Origin: Candidatus Pacearchaeota archaeon | GTDB taxonomy: Archaea > Nanobdellota > Nanobdellia > Pacearchaeales > GW2011-AR1 | Assembly (NCBI GenBank): GCA_040879765.1 | Contig: JBBDJQ010000001.1 | Location: forward strand, 271,747 to 335,746 | DNA: 64,000 bases | Reading direction: 5' to 3' | In this document: one piece after another, positions 59,400 to 64,000 of the stretch | How the letters are laid out: the number at the start of each line of letters is the position of its first letter | Numbering within the stretch: position 1 is the stretch's first letter | The notes under the pieces: model-generated | What the model was told of the DNA's origin: nothing | Database searches by the model: none | Seen by the model: the letters and a program-made list of their open reading frames with translations, nothing else | Position numbers and translations under genes: made by a program

Positions 59400-60401
59400 A
59401 TGAAAAAGAGGTATAATGTCATTGATTTATTTTCTGGAGCAGGAGGTTTGTCTTTGGGATTTGAAAATGAAGGATTTGAAAATATATTTTCAATAGATTT
59501 GATGAAAGATTATTGTGACACATATAGAAAGAATTTTCCACATCACAAATTAATTCAAGAGGATATATTGAAATTAACTTCTGAAAAAATCAGAAAAATC
59601 CTTGGAAATAATAAAGTTGATGTAATTATTGGAGGTCCGCCCTGTCAAGGATTTAGTATGGCGGGGAATATTGGAAGAACTTTTATTGATGACCCAAGAA
59701 ATCATCTATTTAGAGAATTTGCAAGAGTTGTTTCAGTAGTAAAGCCTAAAATTTTTGTTATGGAGAATGTTGCAAGACTATTTACCCATAATAAGGGAAA
59801 AACAAAAGAAGAGATAATAGATTCATTTGAAAAATTGGGTTATAAGGTAGACTGCAAGATTTTATGTTCAGCCGATTATGGGGTTCCTCAGATAAGGAAC
59901 AGAGTTATTTTCATAGGAAATAAAATAAATAAAAAGAATATTTTCCCCCAAAAGAATGTTAAAAAATATAAAACAATTAAAGAAGCTATTGGAAATTTAC
60001 CTCAATTAAAATCAGGAGAAGTTTCAACTATTTCAAATCATCAAGCAATGAATCATACAGGGGATATGTTAAAAAAAATGGATTTTATCAAAGATGGAGG
60101 AGATAGGTTCCAAATACCAAATAATCTTAGACCTAAAAGTGGAGACATTAGAAAATACATAAAATACGATAGCTCCAAACCTTCTATCTGTATAACTGGG
60201 GATATGAGAAAAGTTTTTCATTATAATCAAAATAGGGCTTTAACAGTAAGAGAGCTAGCAAGAATACAATCTTTCCCAGATTCATTTTTATTTGAGGGAA
60301 ATAAAATTTCACAGCAACAACAAGTAGGGAATGCAGTTCCTCCCTTAATGGCTCAAGAAATTGCAAAGGAAATAAAAAAGATGTTAAAGAAAAATGAATA
60401 A
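59400..60401 (+). CDS. dcm: DNA cytosine-5 methyltransferase
   Basis: Motif I DLFSGAGGLSLGF, motif IV GGPPCQGFS, motif VI ENV, motif X QQVGNAVPP. Confidence 0.85.
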   Translation: MKKRYNVIDLFSGAGGLSLGFENEGFENIFSIDLMKDYCDTYRKNFPHHKLIQEDILKLTSEKIRKILGNNKVDVIIGGPPCQGFSMAGNIGRTFIDDPRNHLFREFARVVSVVKPKIFVMENVARLFTHNKGKTKEEIIDSFEKLGYKVDCKILCSADYGVPQIRNRVIFIGNKINKKNIFPQKNVKKYKTIKEAIGNLPQLKSGEVSTISNHQAMNHTGDMLKKMDFIKDGGDRFQIPNNLRPKSGDIRKYIKYDSSKPSICITGDMRKVFHYNQNRALTVRELARIQSFPDSFLFEGNKISQQQQVGNAVPPLMAQEIAKEIKKMLKKNE

Positions 60402-61398
60402 ATTACCAAAGATAAATTTTATTGGAAATAAAGAGAAAATAGTAAGTTGGATATGCGAAAATATCCCTTCAGATGTAGAAACTATTTTTGATGCTTTTTC
60501 TGGAGGAGCATCTGTAAGTTATGAAGCAAAAAAAAGAGGTTTTAAGGTAATTAGTAATGATATCTTAAGTATAAATTATCTTTTATCTAAAGCAATAATT
60601 GAAAATAAAAAAGACACCTTTGATGAAAAAGATTTAAATCTTATATTTGAGGGAAAACCAATAAAAGGATTTATGTATAAAAATTATTCAGAAGTTTTTT
60701 TCTTCCCAAAAGAATGTATGGAATTAGATATATATAGAAAGAACATCGATAAATTAGATTCCGAAAATAAAAAAGCGTTAGCTTTTTCTTTAATTAGAAG
60801 AGCAATGATTCGTAAAATGCCTTATTCGAGATTTAATCTACCCTGGGATAAAATCAAACAACTTCGTGATGAAGAATATAGTTATAACAAATATAAAAGA
60901 AAAAGGGCATATCACAATAAGACAATCAAAGAACATTTTCTTGAGAACCTTCAAGAATATAATAAAGCAGTGTTTGATAATAATAAGAAAAACAAGGCAT
61001 ATAACAAAGATATTTTTGAGCTAATTCCTAAAATTAATGCAGACCTTATTTATTTGGACCCTCCTTATACGGGAACAATGAATAATTATTTTGGATTTTA
61101 TGGCTTAATCGATGAATATATTAAACAAGAGAAATTAAAACCCTTTAAAAATAATTTTATTGAAAAAAATAAATCCATTGAGCTTTTCGATAATTTATTC
61201 TCTAGACTAGGAAAATTTAAGTATTGGATTTTAAGTTATAATAATTCTTCATACCCCACTAAAGAGCAATTATTATCTTTATTGAAAAAATATTCCGATG
61301 ATGTTAAGGTTATAGAGAGGAAACATAATTATCAAGTAACTGGAAAATTGAAAAAAACTAAAAATAAAGAGTATCTTTTTATTGTTAAGAATAAATAA
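60394..61398 (+). CDS. Dam-like (D12 class) N6-adenine DNA methyltransferase
   Basis: N-terminal FIGNKEKI...IFDAFSGGASV and catalytic DPPY (IYLDPPYTG); overlaps dcm by 8 nt. Confidence 0.8.
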   Translation: MNKLPKINFIGNKEKIVSWICENIPSDVETIFDAFSGGASVSYEAKKRGFKVISNDILSINYLLSKAIIENKKDTFDEKDLNLIFEGKPIKGFMYKNYSEVFFFPKECMELDIYRKNIDKLDSENKKALAFSLIRRAMIRKMPYSRFNLPWDKIKQLRDEEYSYNKYKRKRAYHNKTIKEHFLENLQEYNKAVFDNNKKNKAYNKDIFELIPKINADLIYLDPPYTGTMNNYFGFYGLIDEYIKQEKLKPFKNNFIEKNKSIELFDNLFSRLGKFKYWILSYNNSSYPTKEQLLSLLKKYSDDVKVIERKHNYQVTGKLKKTKNKEYLFIVKNK

Positions 61399-62464
61399 AA
61401 TGGTCAAACAAAAAAATCAAGTATATGAAAAATATTGGAGCATAACTCTTGAATATACGGACATAAACGGAGAAAGATTTATAGGAACATTAAAAATAAT
61501 TGTCGACCATATTGATAAAAATAAGGGAAAATATTCCAAGGAAATTTATCAAGAATTACAAGAAAAAATCTATGAGAAATATCCAAAAAGAGACTATGCC
61601 TCTGTGAGAAAAAGTATAAATCAGTTTGTAAAATTGGGATTTATAAATTATAAATTAAAATCTTATAGTAAGGATTGTAAAACCTTTTTAGAAGCAAGAA
61701 CTAGTAGAAAAAGAAAGACGATCTTTTCCAAAATTGTTTACCAAAATTCAAGCTTTGACAGAGACATAACTAAGAAATCTGATAAAAGAGAAATCAACTT
61801 TTTATTAAAAACATTAGAAGAGGTTGGAAATTTATCCAAAGAAGATATTGTAGCTTTAATGACTCAAGAAATAGAAAAATATCCAAAAGGCTATCTTACC
61901 GAAGAGGAGTTATTAAAGGCTAAACAAAATGCAGAAGAAATTAGATTTCTTGAAAGAAAATATAATCAGGTAAGCCACTTCAGAACTGTTTTAGCTAAAT
62001 TAGATGATATCGTTTTTGTTTCTGGGAAGTTATATTTTGAAGATGATGCTAAAGTAATCTTTGGAGAGGACTTGAAAGAAGAAATAAAAACAAGGGATAA
62101 TTATCTACACAGACTTTATAAAAACCAATTAAAAGAAGAATCTGAAGAGAAAGAGGGGGAAATTATGTGTATGGTAGAACTATTAGACTATCCATCACTT
62201 GTGGCAAGCCATATAAAACCATTCATTAAATCAAATGAGGATGAAGCCTATGACCCAGAAAACGGATTATTATTAAGTAGAAATATGGATATTTTGTTTG
62301 ATCAGGGATATATTACTTTTTCAAATGAAGGTAAAATTATCCTTTCAAAAAGGTTATCACAAGATTTAAGAGAATTTCTTAAGGATTATACTTTAAAAAA
62401 GACTTATCTAACTCCAAAGAGATTAAGTTTTCTAAAATATCATAGAGAAAACGTCTTTCATTAA
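61382..62464 (+). CDS. HNH endonuclease, putative restriction enzyme: N-terminal uncharacterised region plus C-terminal HNH domain
   Basis: HIKPFIKSNEDEAYDPENGLLLSRNMDILFDQGYITF is an HNH (HNH_2-like) motif; overlaps the Dam-like gene by 17 nt. Confidence 0.7.
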   Translation: MLRINKMVKQKNQVYEKYWSITLEYTDINGERFIGTLKIIVDHIDKNKGKYSKEIYQELQEKIYEKYPKRDYASVRKSINQFVKLGFINYKLKSYSKDCKTFLEARTSRKRKTIFSKIVYQNSSFDRDITKKSDKREINFLLKTLEEVGNLSKEDIVALMTQEIEKYPKGYLTEEELLKAKQNAEEIRFLERKYNQVSHFRTVLAKLDDIVFVSGKLYFEDDAKVIFGEDLKEEIKTRDNYLHRLYKNQLKEESEEKEGEIMCMVELLDYPSLVASHIKPFIKSNEDEAYDPENGLLLSRNMDILFDQGYITFSNEGKIILSKRLSQDLREFLKDYTLKKTYLTPKRLSFLKYHRENVFH

Positions 62465-62498
62465 ACATTTCAGACATATCAACACTTTTACTCTGTAT

Positions 62499-62520
62499 CT
62501 CCTATATATATATATAGGAG
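62499..62520. repeat. 22-nt perfect palindrome CTCCTATATATATATATAGGAG
   Basis: Read directly; it lies about 35 nt after the HNH gene stop. Confidence 0.85.
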
Positions 62521-62670
62521 TTTTAGAGTGGTTTTATTGGTGGTGGTGTAATGGTGTTGATGATTGTGTGTGTAGTTTTGATGTGTGAATGTTAGTGTGT
62601 TTATAGTGGTTTGTGTGAAGTGTGTTTGGTGGTTGTTCTGGAAGTGTGTGTGGTTTGTGTGGGGTATATA
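62521..62670 (+). other. C-depleted G/T-rich tract: 150 nt with a single C on the plus strand
   Basis: Counted directly, GGTGGTGGTGTAATGGTGTTGATG...GTGTGTGGTTTGTGTGGGG. There is extreme strand compositional asymmetry and no ORF. Confidence 0.85.
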
Positions 62671-62887
62671 CTACGATTCGTTAGACTGAAATGAATTTCA
62701 AACTTTCTTTAGTCATTGTGAATGTTTTCTTCACTTCTTTCTGTTAAAGTTTTCAATTTTTCTATATTTATTAAACGAATTTGTAAGATTATGTTGGAAT
62801 ATTGTGAGATATAGAGTTTAGTTAGGTTGTGATTAGGTAAAACCCAAGTATAATTAAGATTAAAAATAGTTAACTTATGATAATTTT

Positions 62888-63832
62888 ATGATAAAAGAAA
62901 CACAAGAAAAAATCTCAAGAAGCCTAAATAAAATAGGAATTGTAATTATATTTGCTTATTTTTCTTTAGTCTTATTTTTTCTAAGTTATTATATTCACGA
63001 ATTCGGGCATATTCTTTTTGGTTTACTAAATAATTTAATGCTGGGGGATGGTTGGTCTAAAATTGTTGTTTCACATTGGGTAAGTCATCCGTTAGTTCCT
63101 TTCTTGAAATTGCCTCAACAAACTATGATTTTATCAGGAAAAGGTTCTTTAAACTTTATTTGGGGAGGAATAATCTTCAGTATATTATTTTGGAGTTGGT
63201 TTTCTTGGGTAGGATATAGACAAACAAGGCAGAAATTATGGGGATTAATACCTATTGTAATAATACTCGGAGAGATATTTGGGAATTATTTCTGCGGAAC
63301 AGATAACTTAACGGGAAATCCCTTGTTTCTATGTTCATCCTTGAATCTTAATTTTTTTGTAACTTATGAACCCTTTATTTTTATGACAATACTAACAATT
63401 ATATTTATTCGCTCTAAATTATTTAGGAGATTTTACAATTATCTTGATAAATTACCAATCAGAATAAATAAAAGACTATGCAGAACTAAACCAATTACAA
63501 ATTTAAGAGAAATTAATCTTAATGATGGGAATAAAGAGAAGAAGCTAAATTATATTGCTGGAGTAAACAGGATTGGAGATTTAATTAATGGAGTTAATAG
63601 GGATATGGAGAATAAGGTTATAGTATTTGTTTCGATTTTATTTAGTGCATTGCTTGGGGCATTCTTAACCGCAAAAATGTATTTGCAATCTTTCATAACT
63701 TTTGGAATCTTGGTTTTAATACTAATGATTGTTTTGATAAAGGAATTAAAGGATAAAATAAATTTACAAAAACAGATGAATTATTTAGTTAAGGACGCTA
63801 AGGAAAAAGTCGGATTAGACTTGAGGCAATAG
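62888..63832 (+). CDS. Multi-pass membrane protein
   Basis: Several TM helices. Confidence 0.4.
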   Translation: MIKETQEKISRSLNKIGIVIIFAYFSLVLFFLSYYIHEFGHILFGLLNNLMLGDGWSKIVVSHWVSHPLVPFLKLPQQTMILSGKGSLNFIWGGIIFSILFWSWFSWVGYRQTRQKLWGLIPIVIILGEIFGNYFCGTDNLTGNPLFLCSSLNLNFFVTYEPFIFMTILTIIFIRSKLFRRFYNYLDKLPIRINKRLCRTKPITNLREINLNDGNKEKKLNYIAGVNRIGDLINGVNRDMENKVIVFVSILFSALLGAFLTAKMYLQSFITFGILVLILMIVLIKELKDKINLQKQMNYLVKDAKEKVGLDLRQ

Positions 63833-64000
63833 CTGAATAGTTAAGTATAAAAAGTTTAATATACTTAAATTTTAATGAGGTGGTGATCGGAGTTGTCCGT
63901 AAACAAGACCTCTGATTACTTCTTTAGAAACTAACAAATGAACTTTGTAATAAAACTGGCGGAAATTGTAGCGAATGTATCTTTGAGTATATCTAATCTA

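Larger units (their letters stand above)
47605..62464. mobile_element. Putative integrated element next to the tRNA-Glu 3' end. It encodes int, an SF3-like ATPase and a protein-primed PolB plus a defence/R-M cargo. The right boundary is undetermined.
   Basis: A tyrosine recombinase gene starts 300 nt after the tRNA. About 15 kb of genes follow on one strand with replication functions and defence or selfish-DNA functions. No attR copy of the tRNA 3' end was found inside the window. Confidence 0.5.

Noticed and set aside
1-64000. CRISPR arrays or rRNA genes
   Set aside because: No regularly spaced direct repeats and no rRNA-like GC-rich conserved blocks were seen anywhere in the window.

Overview
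AT-rich archaeal chromosome segment, probably from a small-genome DPANN-type archaeon (inference from composition, compact genes and intron-bearing tRNAs). Positions 1-47.4 kb are core housekeeping: family B DNA polymerase (partial, minus strand, runs off the window start), FEN-1, RFC large and small subunits, ribosomal protein uS10, SerRS, ThrRS, Trp/TyrRS, PheRS alpha and beta, Elp3, a DEAD-box helicase, PEP synthase, HtpX, LemA, UMP kinase, two cupredoxins, and four tRNA genes. Two or three of the tRNAs carry introns or unusual 3' duplications. Immediately downstream of an intron-containing tRNA-Glu at 47.4-47.6 kb lies a co-directional block of at least 15 kb that looks like an integrated mobile element. 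It encodes a tyrosine recombinase, a zinc-finger protein, an SF3-like P-loop ATPase and a small phi29-like protein-primed family B DNA polymerase. These are followed by a defence-like cargo: DUF4238, a DUF559/Vsr-like fold, a DUF262-DUF1524 (GmrSD-like) protein, a DUF2779 PD-(D/E)xK nuclease, a Dcm-type m5C methyltransferase, a Dam-type N6A methyltransferase and an HNH endonuclease. The three overlapping last genes look like an MnlI-like R-M module. The block is followed by a 22-nt perfect palindrome and a striking 150-nt stretch almost devoid of C. No right-hand att repeat was found inside the window. No rRNA genes or CRISPR arrays are present.
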